From a virus: 41,145 nucleotides of DNA. Below the pieces are notes generated by a model, which did not search any database, was not told where the DNA came from, and was given only the letters and a program-made list of their open reading frames with translations. This document shows positions 17,784-27,036 of this stretch, one piece after another. The position numbers and the translations under genes are program-made. The stretch lies in the UHGV virus genome UHGV-0210237. The stretch is one strand, 5' to 3'. Every line of letters starts with the position of its first letter. The first letter of the stretch is position 1.

Positions 17784-18093
17784 CAGAAGCCACCTCCTGG
17801 ACGATAATGCTATTTCTTAATGCCGGAGTTCTTGTGGTGATATCCTTATACGTTTTCCCTTCGTACAAAATGCGATCATACTCTGGAACAACAAAAAGAG
17901 GCATGGTTCTGATAACCTTTGCCCCTTGTCGTATATCTCCAAAAATAGCCATACTCCTATCTGTTCCAACATCCGTTACGTTAACGTTCGCTGTCGTCCG
18001 AATAGGCGCCGATTCTACCCACTCGCCCAAGTTTGGATCGTAATGGCTACCTAATCCATCTTTCTCGAAAGTAACTTCATCCAAAAATCTCAT
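17776..18093 (-). CDS. Head closure or head-tail adaptor protein.
   Basis: 105 aa. Synteny between the gp6-like and gp10-like genes. Confidence 0.45.
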   Translation of the reverse strand: MRFLDEVTFEKDGLGSHYDPNLGEWVESAPIRTTANVNVTDVGTDRSMAIFGDIRQGAKVIRTMPLFVVPEYDRILYEGKTYKDITTRTPALRNSIIVQEVASGG

Positions 18094-18419
18094 ACGAAGT
18101 AAAAACCCCCTTGCTTGGGCTTGTATAAGTCTTCATCGTCTTTTCGTTTAAAGGAATCAATCTCCGATCCATATTCGGAAAAATCCGAATCAGGGAATGC
18201 CATAGATAGTCCTTCTTGAGAGTATGAAGACATCCCTTCCTGTCCAACTCGGTTGAAACGTTTGTTGGTTACATCGAAAACAATGTACTCTAATGAATCT
18301 GGTATAACAGAAACGCCTAGCAATGACGCTAAGCGCTCTCTAGTTCGTTTCTCGATAACTTCTAGCTTATCATCTGTAGAACCGCTTAGAAGCTTCTTAA
18401 CGTCATCTTTAATTGCCAT
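18090..18419 (-). CDS. gp6-like head-tail connector protein.
   Basis: 109 aa directly after the capsid gene. Acidic C-terminus. Synteny. Confidence 0.5.
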   Translation of the reverse strand: MAIKDDVKKLLSGSTDDKLEVIEKRTRERLASLLGVSVIPDSLEYIVFDVTNKRFNRVGQEGMSSYSQEGLSMAFPDSDFSEYGSEIDSFKRKDDEDLYKPKQGGFYFV

Positions 18420-18434
18420 TCGTATCTATCCTTC

Positions 18435-18746
18435 CTACGGTTCAGTCAGAGTCAAAACGTGAGTATCCGTATGTGATCCATCTTCCGTTTTGATTGTTGT
18501 CGTGTACTCGCCAGCAGGTACAGTTTCAGTCCAAGTAATATTACCGCTAGAAGAAACCGCCAAACCAGTTGTTGCTGGCGCAATTGAATATGTCACTGTT
18601 TTATTTGTTGCGTTTTGTGGCGCAACAGTGGCTGTTAATTGTCTATTACCGGCAGTCCCCGCAACTGCACTTGAAGTTTTAGGCGATACTGTAACGCCTG
18701 TAACGGGGACTGTTACTCCCCCGCCGGTTGAATTTTCCCGAATGCT
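18435..18746 (-). CDS. Ig-like (Big_2-like) domain ORF with no start codon, in the -1 frame of the capsid gene 3' end. Putative frameshift extension of the major capsid protein.
   Basis: The frame is open from 18746 to the TAG at 18435. It encodes …GGGVTVPVTGVTVSPKTSSAVAGTAGNRQLTATVAPQNATNKTVTYSIA…GEYTTTIKTEDGSHTDTHVLTLTEP, which is Big_2-like. It overlaps the capsid gene's C-terminus, and the G-run GGCGGGGGAG lies at the capsid stop codon. Confidence 0.55.
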   Translation of the reverse strand, partial: SIRENSTGGGVTVPVTGVTVSPKTSSAVAGTAGNRQLTATVAPQNATNKTVTYSIAPATTGLAVSSSGNITWTETVPAGEYTTTIKTEDGSHTDTHVLTLTEP

Positions 18747-19639
18747 TCATCTTTAACGATCATGAAACCAACATCCATTGTCGCACGCAAAGCAACTAAT
18801 TCTTGCTCAAACAAGTTAACTGGCGTACCGTCTTCGTTGGTAAGAGTTGAAAGTTGAGCGTCTTCAGAGATTTTGAACGAGATGTTGTATGGGATTCCGT
18901 AGAACATGTAGTTAAAGTCACCTGCATACAGTTCACCTTTTGCCAAAGCTTTCAAATCGACTACTGGCAATCCATCAATAGTGTTGGTCGCGCGATCGTA
19001 AATGAATTCAACATTCGTGCCAACTGTTTGAGCTGCAGAGCGAAGTTCTGTACGATTTTTCCGGTTAGAGATAAATGCGTTCGGCTCAAATTCGTTTTCG
19101 CTGAGCGCATCTTCTAATGCCAAGATATTATCGTAAGTAAGAGGTCCGTTGATCACGTTATCAGCTGCAACAACAGATTCTTCCAAAGATTGTGGAAAAG
19201 GATTGTCTGTATTCAACAACGCAGCAGCATCAAATTTTTTGTAGAAAGCTTCTGCAATCTTAGGCTGCATAACAGTGAAAAAGTCTGACATTTTGTAGTG
19301 CAAGTATTCCCGAGAAACCGGAATAATAACACCGAGTTTTTTAGCGACCATAGTTGCTTGCAACCATTTAGGTTTAGATGTTTTGATCTTTTCACCTTCA
19401 CCAACCCAGTACGCACCAGGACCTTCAGCAAAGTATTCGAATTTCTTTTCTTTGTCCGTCATTTCTTCATACTTGGCCAACTGCATGATCTTAGAGTTTT
19501 CCATGACTTCATTAACAATAAGCGTGTTGTACTTGTCAGGGATCTTGCCTTCTTTTGTTTCGTAAACTGTCACATTATCTGGGTTCCAAGTCTGAGCAAA
19601 GTATTGCAAATTCATATTCATTAATCGTTTGTTTTTCAT
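18713..19639 (-). CDS. Major capsid protein.
   Basis: 308 aa after the scaffold gene. N-terminus MKNKRLMNMNLQYFA carries an L27/Prp-like cleavage motif. Confidence 0.8.
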   Translation of the reverse strand: MKNKRLMNMNLQYFAQTWNPDNVTVYETKEGKIPDKYNTLIVNEVMENSKIMQLAKYEEMTDKEKKFEYFAEGPGAYWVGEGEKIKTSKPKWLQATMVAKKLGVIIPVSREYLHYKMSDFFTVMQPKIAEAFYKKFDAAALLNTDNPFPQSLEESVVAADNVINGPLTYDNILALEDALSENEFEPNAFISNRKNRTELRSAAQTVGTNVEFIYDRATNTIDGLPVVDLKALAKGELYAGDFNYMFYGIPYNISFKISEDAQLSTLTNEDGTPVNLFEQELVALRATMDVGFMIVKDEAFGKIQPAGE

Positions 19640-19652
19640 TTAGTATTTCCTC

Positions 19653-20237
19653 CTATTTAATGATTCTGTTTTTAGCAGCCATTTCAGCCACAGTTTGTTT
19701 AGTGTTCTTATCAGCAGAAAACTGTCCGCCTTCCCCCGGCGTAGATTGACGAGCATTTTCTTTTTTGATCTGAGATGCAAAATTAGTAATAACTGCAACA
19801 GCCTTTTTAGTAGCTTCTGCATCTTCTGAGACAATCAATCCGAGTAGTTCATCATCTTGTGGCAATCCTGCGCTTGAGAGCATTTTAGAAGCTTCTGACT
19901 TCATTTCGTTTAAAGTCTGTCCACGTTTCAGTTCAGCGATTTCGGCTTCTTTTTGCTCCAATTCATGTTGCAGTTTTTCTTCCGCATTCATTTTTGCGAG
20001 CTTCTTAGCTTCTTCTTTTTTTGCTTCTGCTTCTTGTTCCCAACTTGCACGAGCCTTTTTAGTTTCAGCAGCAACAATTTTCGCTAATTCGTCACGAGAA
20101 AATGTTTTGCCAGTTTCTTCCTTTTTTGTTTCATCTGTGGTGGTTTCAGTTGTTTCAGTCGACGTCGTTTCTTGAGAACCGCCATCTTGTTCAGCAAAAA
20201 ATTGAAGTTTCATAGGCATTAATAAACGTTTTTTCAT
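19653..20237 (-). CDS. Scaffolding protein.
   Basis: 194 aa, highly charged alpha-helical (EAEAKKEEAKKLAKMNAEEKLQHELEQKEAEIAELK), immediately upstream of the capsid gene. N-terminal MKLQFFA motif. Confidence 0.7.
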   Translation of the reverse strand: MKKRLLMPMKLQFFAEQDGGSQETTSTETTETTTDETKKEETGKTFSRDELAKIVAAETKKARASWEQEAEAKKEEAKKLAKMNAEEKLQHELEQKEAEIAELKRGQTLNEMKSEASKMLSSAGLPQDDELLGLIVSEDAEATKKAVAVITNFASQIKKENARQSTPGEGGQFSADKNTKQTVAEMAAKNRIIK

Positions 20238-20363
20238 GATTATTCCTCCACGGTTACGCCGCTACCCGATAATTTAACTAGTTACGCCAGTCAATCGGTA
20301 CAGCTTTCTCTTTAGTGCCTGTAAGCAGTAAGAAGGCATAATAAGAAGCCGTTAGCGAATGGG

Positions 20364-20549
20364 CTAGCGACTTTGATTAACTTTGATATATTTGTTCTGA
20401 TTTTCTTCGAAATCACACATGAACCATTCGAGTGTATCTTCGGCTAGTTCTGTATTATATAAATTTTGAAACTTGACTTTGAATAAATACCAATAGAACG
20501 GGAATTTCGTTTTTATTTTTAGAGTGATTGTTTTTTTCATTGTATCCAC
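20364..20549 (-). CDS. Hypothetical protein (61 aa).
   Basis: ORF track. Packed between the head genes. Confidence 0.3.
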   Translation of the reverse strand: MDTMKKTITLKIKTKFPFYWYLFKVKFQNLYNTELAEDTLEWFMCDFEENQNKYIKVNQSR

Positions 20550-20852
20550 CTACATAGAAGCGCTTTGGAACATGCTCTGATTCATATTGTTTTGCAAAGC
20601 TTTGAAGTACTCTGGGTTAGACTGAACCAATTCGGCTATTGATTGCACGACAGGTTCAATAACCTTTCTAGCCGCTTCATACACTTCTTTTACAATTGGT
20701 TCTAAGACATCAATTAAGTGCTGTTTAACGGCATCATAGTCTTCTTTAAATTGAGCATCGTTTTGATACAAATGCAAAATTTCTTCTTTGCTTTTCCCGT
20801 ATGCCGTTTCTAAAAATCTGTCAGATATAACTTGAAATGAATCTTTCTCCAT
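20550..20852 (-). CDS. Hypothetical protein (100 aa).
   Basis: ORF track. ATGA-type junction with the head morphogenesis gene. Confidence 0.4.
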   Translation of the reverse strand: MEKDSFQVISDRFLETAYGKSKEEILHLYQNDAQFKEDYDAVKQHLIDVLEPIVKEVYEAARKVIEPVVQSIAELVQSNPEYFKALQNNMNQSMFQSASM

Positions 20853-20854
20853 TG

Positions 20855-21808
20855 TTATAACCCTCTTTCTTTAAGCGACTTCTCAAAAGCATCACGATCA
20901 ACATAAGGTGCCGTACTACATCTGCAAAACGGATGCATATTTGGCGCATTTGTTCCTGGTTCCATTTCATCAACATTAAATACTTTTCCGTTAAGCGGTA
21001 AGCACAGACGACACGCTGAAGGCTCAGAAATGAATGTGTACTTTGCAATATCAGCATCACGATAACTTCGCTCTTGGATGCCAATCTGCACTCTAGTTGT
21101 TTCCGTAACCATCAAACGCTCAGTATTGAATCGAGTGTTCTCTCTACCTTTCTCAGTAAGGAATCTCGTTAATTCAGATGCCAACTGTTTAGGGTTTCTA
21201 CCCATCGTCACACTCCGAACAAGCAACTTATCCAAATCTGCTTTCAACTCTGCTTGGTACATCCAAAGCCGTTCGCTAAACGTTGCAAATCCATCCGTTC
21301 TAAACGAACTGTTGATCACTTGCTCCACTAATTTGGCATAACCGCTTTTAGCAATCGTCATTTCAAGGATGCCCGCTTGACGTTGCAATTCTTTCAAACC
21401 AGCACTGGTAAGCTCTCCTGAGAAGTACTTGTCCATATCGTTAAACGTGGCTATCAGCTCAAGCCCGATATTTGCTTTAAGCAATTCCAAGCGGTTAACA
21501 CGCATCGTTAGGTTGTATAGTTTCAACTCCTTATTTGCTGTAGGTGAGAAGTCTTTCTCTTTTACATACTTCTTAGCCTTGCGAGCAAATGCTTTTACAT
21601 CCATCTCGCTAGCACGCTTCATCGCTTCGCTACGAGTGATTTTCTGACCGTTGGAAAAACTATCCCACTGCGCGTCTATCTCTTTCTGTATCGCATCCTG
21701 TGCATATTGCAGGCGCTTCTTGATCTCGTTCATGCGTTTCTTGTCATCTTTAATCTGTTGCTCTTGCCAAGCTTTCTCCCGCTTGATGAAGTAATCTTGT
21801 GATTTCAC
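20855..21808 (-). CDS. Head morphogenesis protein (Mu F / SPP1 gp7-like minor head protein).
   Basis: C-terminal CRLCLPLNGKVFNVDEMEPGTNAPNMHPFCRCSTAPYV is the conserved Mu-F-family motif. Downstream of the portal. Confidence 0.8.
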   Translation of the reverse strand: MKSQDYFIKREKAWQEQQIKDDKKRMNEIKKRLQYAQDAIQKEIDAQWDSFSNGQKITRSEAMKRASEMDVKAFARKAKKYVKEKDFSPTANKELKLYNLTMRVNRLELLKANIGLELIATFNDMDKYFSGELTSAGLKELQRQAGILEMTIAKSGYAKLVEQVINSSFRTDGFATFSERLWMYQAELKADLDKLLVRSVTMGRNPKQLASELTRFLTEKGRENTRFNTERLMVTETTRVQIGIQERSYRDADIAKYTFISEPSACRLCLPLNGKVFNVDEMEPGTNAPNMHPFCRCSTAPYVDRDAFEKSLKERGL

Positions 21809-21974
21809 TTAATCACTCCTTACACCAATGCCATAGTTCCTTGATAGTCAGGTTATCGTCAGGCATTTCGTATCTGAATACTTGATAAGGGGTGGGTATC
21901 ATCAGCCACTTGACTACAATCAGATACCATAAGAATCGGGGCTTTGTTTTTTCTAAATGCACACTAACTACCTC

Positions 21975-22205
21975 CTACCAAGAAAATCTGACTAACTCAA
22001 TTTTTGCATCAATCGTATGCTCATCCTCGTAATCCTCAACAGTAAAGCCGCCATCTTGAAACTCTTTGCGAATATCATCTGTGATTACGTCCTTACCATA
22101 AAAAACTTCGTTGCGACCTTTTTTCATTTCTTCAGCAATAGCATCTTTGATATTCTCGCTATCTTTCTTCTGATACTCGTTCATCATCTGTTCTTTGAGA
22201 TTCAT
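21975..22205 (-). CDS. Hypothetical acidic protein (76 aa).
   Basis: ORF track. Confidence 0.35.
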   Translation of the reverse strand: MNLKEQMMNEYQKKDSENIKDAIAEEMKKGRNEVFYGKDVITDDIRKEFQDGGFTVEDYEDEHTIDAKIELVRFSW

Positions 22206-22395
22206 TTTTCGAAACCCCCTTAGGTCTTGCGTATTTTTCTAATGCAAAAAGATACACTGATATGTTAGATAAAAGAAGAATAACTGCCATCTCGATTCCA
22301 AACGCATAATAAAAGAAAACGGCAAATGCATAATTTAAAAGTTTGAAAACTCTAATTTCATCGTCATAACTCATCTTCTTTATTTTCTTTTTCAT
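22159..22395 (-). CDS. Small membrane protein. The track ORF begins at 22464; the preferred start is ATG 22395 with a GGAGG SD.
   Basis: Hydrophobic YAFAVFFYYAFGIEMAVILLLSNISVYLFAL. The longer ORF would overlap the portal by 65 nt. Confidence 0.35.
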   Translation of the reverse strand: MKKKIKKMSYDDEIRVFKLLNYAFAVFFYYAFGIEMAVILLLSNISVYLFALEKYARPKGVSKNESQRTDDERVSEER

Positions 22396-22399
22396 CTTC

Positions 22400-23878
22400 T
22401 TAAACCTCCGCATCGGTTTCTTCGTCACTGTCAAACACGCCTTTACCTGTTGGTGCTTCAGCATTCACACGTTTTAGCTCTGCATTTACATCTGGAACAA
22501 ATGAAGCAAGTCCAAGGATAGTCTCTTGGCTCAACTCCGCTCCTGCGTCAACAAGCGCTTTAAGCTCTTCAAGAATCGCTTTAGGTAGATTAGGTGTAAA
22601 TGTAATACGCATACCTTTCAGGTCAGAGTTTTCCAATTCTGCGATGCTTGATTTAAGGTTAAATAAAAGACGATAGCGTCGCATCAGGCCTTTTTTAAAG
22701 AGCCGTTGCTTAACTGCCGTCATCTGTTCGAATCCGAATAGTTTATATTTCATTGCTTCCCCAGATTGCACACCTGAGAAGTTATCATCTGTTAGATCAG
22801 GAATCATCGAAATCTCGTGAATATCTTTCCTCACACGATCTTTATAAGCTTCTACGCCATTTACATCATATTGCTTATAAATATAGCCAGCTGTCACAGA
22901 TGTTTTATTGCCGTTGATATCTGTACCAGATTCAAGGAGCAACATGTTTGCGTCCTTTTGCTTGGCTGCATCTTCAGCAGTTAAACCAGACGCTTGAATG
23001 TCACCGCTAATCACTAGAAGTGCATCATTTAAGTCTGTCATGTAGTTTGCTGTATCGGATTGGCCTGCATCATATAAATCCATCAGAGAAAGAGTATCTT
23101 CGTATAAACCCATTCTGAAACGATTTGGTGAGTACTCAGTAATAGGAACTTCTTTCATTTCGTGAGGTTCTTCTTCTGGGTTTTCAAGCGAGATAGAGTG
23201 CAGAGAAGTTTCTTTGAAATAAATAGTTTTATCCGATGTGTAAATAATCGGCTGAATGAATTGTTTGTCAGCGTTTTTTGAAAATCTCGTTTTAGGATAT
23301 CTCACCGCCAGTATAGGCTCACGTTTAACAGTCGTGTCATAGACAACAAACGTCTCAAAAACATTCGCCAAATCCACATAGTCGATATCTTCTTTGTCTC
23401 GGTAACTGATTTCATAAGCTCTGCCATATTTGTCCATGTCTAACCAAAGCTCGCCATTCAAACCATCAATATCATTATTCGTGTTGAATTCGTCAATTTG
23501 CTTTTGCTGATCGCCATTATCAATCTGAACCTTAATCGGATTGCCTGTGTTGTAACCTACATCAAACGTACATAAAACCTTGCCGAAGTTGTGGGCAGAG
23601 CGATGATCCGCTTTTTCCTTTTCCTTACGTCTTCGGTTTTTCATGATGTTGGTGTTTCTTGCTTTGTAATAATCGTCTAATACTTCAAGTCTAGGGACTT
23701 GGTATTGATGGTGATGTTGGATCATTCCTGCTAAAGTGTCCAAATCAGCAAGCAAGTCTTCAGCTGAGCTAAACCGATAATGGATATTCGATTCTACTTC
23801 AAAGCTGACATAGTTAACATTCACATCAGCTGACGCTCTGCTATCAACGTCATATTCAAATTCATTTACTTTATCCAT
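22400..23878 (-). CDS. Portal protein.
   Basis: 492 aa directly downstream of TerL. Size and synteny. Acidic C-terminus. Confidence 0.8.
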   Translation of the reverse strand: MDKVNEFEYDVDSRASADVNVNYVSFEVESNIHYRFSSAEDLLADLDTLAGMIQHHHQYQVPRLEVLDDYYKARNTNIMKNRRRKEKEKADHRSAHNFGKVLCTFDVGYNTGNPIKVQIDNGDQQKQIDEFNTNNDIDGLNGELWLDMDKYGRAYEISYRDKEDIDYVDLANVFETFVVYDTTVKREPILAVRYPKTRFSKNADKQFIQPIIYTSDKTIYFKETSLHSISLENPEEEPHEMKEVPITEYSPNRFRMGLYEDTLSLMDLYDAGQSDTANYMTDLNDALLVISGDIQASGLTAEDAAKQKDANMLLLESGTDINGNKTSVTAGYIYKQYDVNGVEAYKDRVRKDIHEISMIPDLTDDNFSGVQSGEAMKYKLFGFEQMTAVKQRLFKKGLMRRYRLLFNLKSSIAELENSDLKGMRITFTPNLPKAILEELKALVDAGAELSQETILGLASFVPDVNAELKRVNAEAPTGKGVFDSDEETDAEV

Positions 23879-23890
23879 TCCTCACACTCC

Positions 23891-25189
23891 TTAAAACATT
23901 CTCTTGATTTTGTTCCGCTGCTCTTTGGTAATGGTTGATTTCTTTTTAGCCCACATGTCTTCGTTAAATGCATACCTTGTCGCATCGATCGTATGGTTGT
24001 CTTTATCCTCTAACCTCGGCTTAGGATTTCCATCTCGATCTGTTTGATAGTCGATATTTTCAAACTCTTTAGCGATGTTTGGCGTTCGTAATGGATCAAT
24101 ACAAATAAAATCCAAATCATCTAGCCATTGCTCGCCATATTCGACAGAATCGGGACCTTTTTTGACGCCTTTAATATTTCTTATACCGTGTTCGTTCGCT
24201 AACTCAGCGTTACTCTTGGGCTCGGCAGAATCAGAGAATATCTCATCGTTTTGGTATCCTTTTTCGTGTAGCTTTTTCGCTAACTCTCTATTGCTGATCT
24301 TAACTCCGTAAATTTCATCTATTGCATATATACCATTTTTCTTTTTGTCGTAATGCCATCTTACAAACGCTAGGGGATCAGTTGCATAACCAAAGTCATT
24401 CCCATTTCGAATGTTATCGAAGTTAGCTACCATCTCATCAGTGATGCTCCCTGGCACTACTTTCAGATTGTCGAAAGGTACAACGCCAGAACCGATTGCT
24501 TTACCATCATATTCCCACTCAGCTCGTCTAGGGTTCCTTGCTCTGGCTGCTTCGACTTCGCTCAGAAACTCCTTAGAGATAAAGGGGTTATCTTTATATG
24601 TCGAGTGATGAATGAATGTGTTTTTAGGCTGAAAGGATGTTTCGTATTTTTTATTTACCCATGATTGCTTTCGCTTCGGTGGGTTATAACTGTAAAAGAA
24701 TTTATAAAAAAGACCATCATCCAATTCTCCACGCAATAGGGAGTTGGTGATAGTCGTTACTTCATCTTCATTCTTAAATTCTGCTAGCTCCTCAATCCAA
24801 CCAATCGCAAAAGGAAATTTGCTGTCCTTTAACGACTTAATTCGTTCTGGATTTTGTGCTCCACGAAATATCATGTAGTTACCACGCGGTTTATAAGTAA
24901 TCCTCAACGGAGATTTATTAAACTTGAATAGGTGGGAAACACCTTGCTGTTCAATCGCCCATTTCATCTGTTCATACAATGATTGCTCAAGCGTATTATC
25001 AACATACCGAATCCCGACTGCGTTTACAGCGTAACGCATAAGTAATTGAGTGATTATATGTGCAATATCCGATGATTTGCCAGATCCACGACCGCCCTTG
25101 CATACGATATTCAATATGTCGGAGTTAAGCGTAGCCCTCCATACGCTATGAAACTTTTCAGGCAGTAAATCAGAAAGCTTTTTAGCCAT
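23891..25189 (-). CDS. terL: Terminase large subunit. The track ORF begins at 25267; the preferred start is ATG 25189, 8 nt inside the terS end.
   Basis: Walker A (CKGGRGSGKSSDIAHII), ATPase and nuclease motifs. 432 to 458 aa. Confidence 0.9.
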   Translation of the reverse strand: MAKKLSDLLPEKFHSVWRATLNSDILNIVCKGGRGSGKSSDIAHIITQLLMRYAVNAVGIRYVDNTLEQSLYEQMKWAIEQQGVSHLFKFNKSPLRITYKPRGNYMIFRGAQNPERIKSLKDSKFPFAIGWIEELAEFKNEDEVTTITNSLLRGELDDGLFYKFFYSYNPPKRKQSWVNKKYETSFQPKNTFIHHSTYKDNPFISKEFLSEVEAARARNPRRAEWEYDGKAIGSGVVPFDNLKVVPGSITDEMVANFDNIRNGNDFGYATDPLAFVRWHYDKKKNGIYAIDEIYGVKISNRELAKKLHEKGYQNDEIFSDSAEPKSNAELANEHGIRNIKGVKKGPDSVEYGEQWLDDLDFICIDPLRTPNIAKEFENIDYQTDRDGNPKPRLEDKDNHTIDATRYAFNEDMWAKKKSTITKEQRNKIKRMF

Positions 25190-25631
25190 CGTCTTCACTA
25201 CCGATATCATCGATAAATGTAGGAACTTCTGTGACCTCAACCTTTTGTTTATCGACAAACGCTGCATTTATTTTGTAGTAATGCTCCAAGGCTTGATTGC
25301 GTTCCTTAAATCCCGCTGAGTACTCACTTATCTCTCGTTTAATCACTTCATTAGTAAAAGGGTCACGCTTAATAACTTCAAAGCGCTGCGGCTCTCCTTT
25401 AGCGATAGAAGCTGTGATCGCCAATGCCTCTTCCATGGATAAGTGTTTATTTACTTGGATTTCTTTAATCTTTTGTTCAATGTATGATTTGATTGTAGTA
25501 TTTTGCAGTAATTTGCTCGCATTAGTATTCGCGTACTTTTCGCTGTAACCAGCCTTAATAGCTGACTGAGTAGCATTCCCTGTGATGATGTACTCATCAG
25601 CAAAAGCTAGTTGTCTTGGGTTTAAACTCAT
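25182..25631 (-). CDS. terS: Terminase small subunit.
   Basis: N-terminal PRQLAFADEYIITGNATQSAIKAGYSEKYANTNASKLL is a terminase_2-like HTH. Directly upstream of TerL. Confidence 0.75.
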   Translation of the reverse strand: MSLNPRQLAFADEYIITGNATQSAIKAGYSEKYANTNASKLLQNTTIKSYIEQKIKEIQVNKHLSMEEALAITASIAKGEPQRFEVIKRDPFTNEVIKREISEYSAGFKERNQALEHYYKINAAFVDKQKVEVTEVPTFIDDIGSEDDG

Positions 25632-25650
25632 TTTCCATCACCACTTCCAT

Positions 25651-25974
25651 TTAAAAGTTCTTCTTAACTAGCGTTGCTCCCTCACGCTCATACTGTTTAA
25701 TGAACTGCTCAACGTTTGTTTGAGTTCGAGATACTACCGTAATTACCAACTGCGATTGATACGGGACGTTGTCACCTATTAAGTACTGTTTCTCAGTATT
25801 CACATAGTTCCCGCTCCATACTGGTTTAATCTCATTACTGATTAAATTCCCCTCTTTATCCAGAATAGGGTTCTCTGTAAAGTATCTGTCGTTCTCTCCT
25901 TCAATCGCCTTCTTATACGCTTCAGCGAATTCAGGTTCTACATCAATCGTTAATAACGCTTCATAAAATTTCAT
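25651..25974 (-). CDS. Hypothetical protein (107 aa).
   Basis: ORF track. ATGA overlap with the upstream gene. Confidence 0.4.
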   Translation of the reverse strand: MKFYEALLTIDVEPEFAEAYKKAIEGENDRYFTENPILDKEGNLISNEIKPVWSGNYVNTEKQYLIGDNVPYQSQLVITVVSRTQTNVEQFIKQYEREGATLVKKNF

Positions 25975-26270
25975 AAACGAGCATCTCCTGACTTAGCAAG
26001 AATATGACCGGTAATTTCTTTGCCATTAATAGCCATGTTTAGTTCAGATGCTTTAATTCTCCCTGTGTGAATATGATACTCTTTGTCCTTTTCTTTATTT
26101 TCTGGCGAGTATATAACTTCAAGGGCTAATTTATTAGTAACGTCATCATATTCAACCAATTCCAAATTTATCGATTGAACTCTACTTAAATCTAATTGCT
26201 CAAAAGCGCTAAACGCATTTCTTAACATAATTCGTTTTTCTTCGTTCACATTCCATACCTCCTTAATCAT
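25971..26270 (-). CDS. Hypothetical protein (99 aa; an alternative GTG start at 26249 is possible).
   Basis: ORF track. Its first codons are themselves the repeated SD element TTAAGGAGGTATGGAAT. Confidence 0.4.
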   Translation of the reverse strand: MIKEVWNVNEEKRIMLRNAFSAFEQLDLSRVQSINLELVEYDDVTNKLALEVIYSPENKEKDKEYHIHTGRIKASELNMAINGKEITGHILAKSGDARL

Positions 26271-26279
26271 TAGGTTGTA

Positions 26280-26426
26280 TCATTTGATCGGATGAATTCC
26301 ATAGCTATCAAGAACGATCATGCTGCCGTCTGTATACTCGAATAACATTTTGTCTCTTTCGTGGAAAACTTTACAGATGAATTTCTTGTTGCGTTTAGGA
26401 TCTAAATATCTCGGTCTATATACCAT
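26280..26426 (-). CDS. Hypothetical small protein (48 aa).
   Basis: Found by manual translation. Preceded by TTAAGGAGGTATGGAAT. Below the 60-aa cutoff of the ORF track. Confidence 0.3.
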   Translation of the reverse strand: MVYRPRYLDPKRNKKFICKVFHERDKMLFEYTDGSMIVLDSYGIHPIK

Positions 26427-26448
26427 ATTCCATACCTCCTTAAATCAA

Positions 26449-26619
26449 TCACCAAAAAAAGCTACATATTGGTATCATTGCTATCATAAATGTGAGATAC
26501 CATCTTCCTAATCTCAGGAACGAATCTCCACCAACACTCTTTTCTATTTGCTTCATCTGCCAAGGAATAGCGAGATATAATGCAATTGCTATCAAAACGT
26601 AAACAATAAATTTAAGCAT
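26449..26619 (-). CDS. Small membrane protein (56 aa).
   Basis: Found by manual translation as MLKFIVYVLIAIALYLAIPWQ…WYLTFMIAMIPICSFFW. AAGGAGG lies 6 nt before the ATG. Confidence 0.35.
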   Translation of the reverse strand: MLKFIVYVLIAIALYLAIPWQMKQIEKSVGGDSFLRLGRWYLTFMIAMIPICSFFW

Positions 26620-26830
26620 TCGAATACCTCCTTAACCTCTCCACGATATGCGGATCACTCTTCCACCCATGCCCAACATATATCAACCTATGCCGATCGA
26701 TATACTCGTCACTAAATTGCTGATAGCATTCAAGCAACGTGTGCTTTGGTTTCAACTCCGCTTGTCGGATGTTCTTATGCCTAAGTATTCCTACTGATAG
26801 TTGGATGTAATAGTAATGCATATCAGTCAT
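26612..26830 (-). CDS. Hypothetical protein (72 aa).
   Basis: ORF track. Confidence 0.35.
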   Translation of the reverse strand: MTDMHYYYIQLSVGILRHKNIRQAELKPKHTLLECYQQFSDEYIDRHRLIYVGHGWKSDPHIVERLRRYSNA

Positions 26831-27008
26831 ACACTGACGTAACTACTACAGTAATTATATAAATCAATACCAGCAATCCTGTTGGTATTAACACTGGAGT
26901 AAATACTAACCACCAACTCCAAGCAATTAATCCAAATAACTTAGCGACAACAAAAATTAATGTCAGGATACTTAGGAAACCTAAGCCGCCGCTCTTCTCT
27001 TTATTCAT
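26823..27008 (-). CDS. Small two-TMD membrane protein (61 aa).
   Basis: GFLSILTLIFVVAKLFGLIAWSWWLVFTPVLIPTGLLVLIYIITVVV. Confidence 0.4.
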   Translation of the reverse strand: MNKEKSGGLGFLSILTLIFVVAKLFGLIAWSWWLVFTPVLIPTGLLVLIYIITVVVTSVYD

Positions 27009-27036
27009 TGTTAGTTCCTCCTTTGGATGTCATAAG

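Noticed and set aside
18490-18756. An 88-aa plus-strand ORF.
   Set aside because: Mirror image of the Ig-like -1-frame extension on the minus strand. The minus-strand reading has the recognisable domain.
19213-21084. Various overlapping ORFs within head genes (19213..19431, 19298..19624, 19383..19565, 19555..19749, 19640..19834, 20821..21084, 21078..21341, 21429..21647).
   Set aside because: Embedded in or antisense to the capsid, scaffold and MuF-like genes. Spurious.
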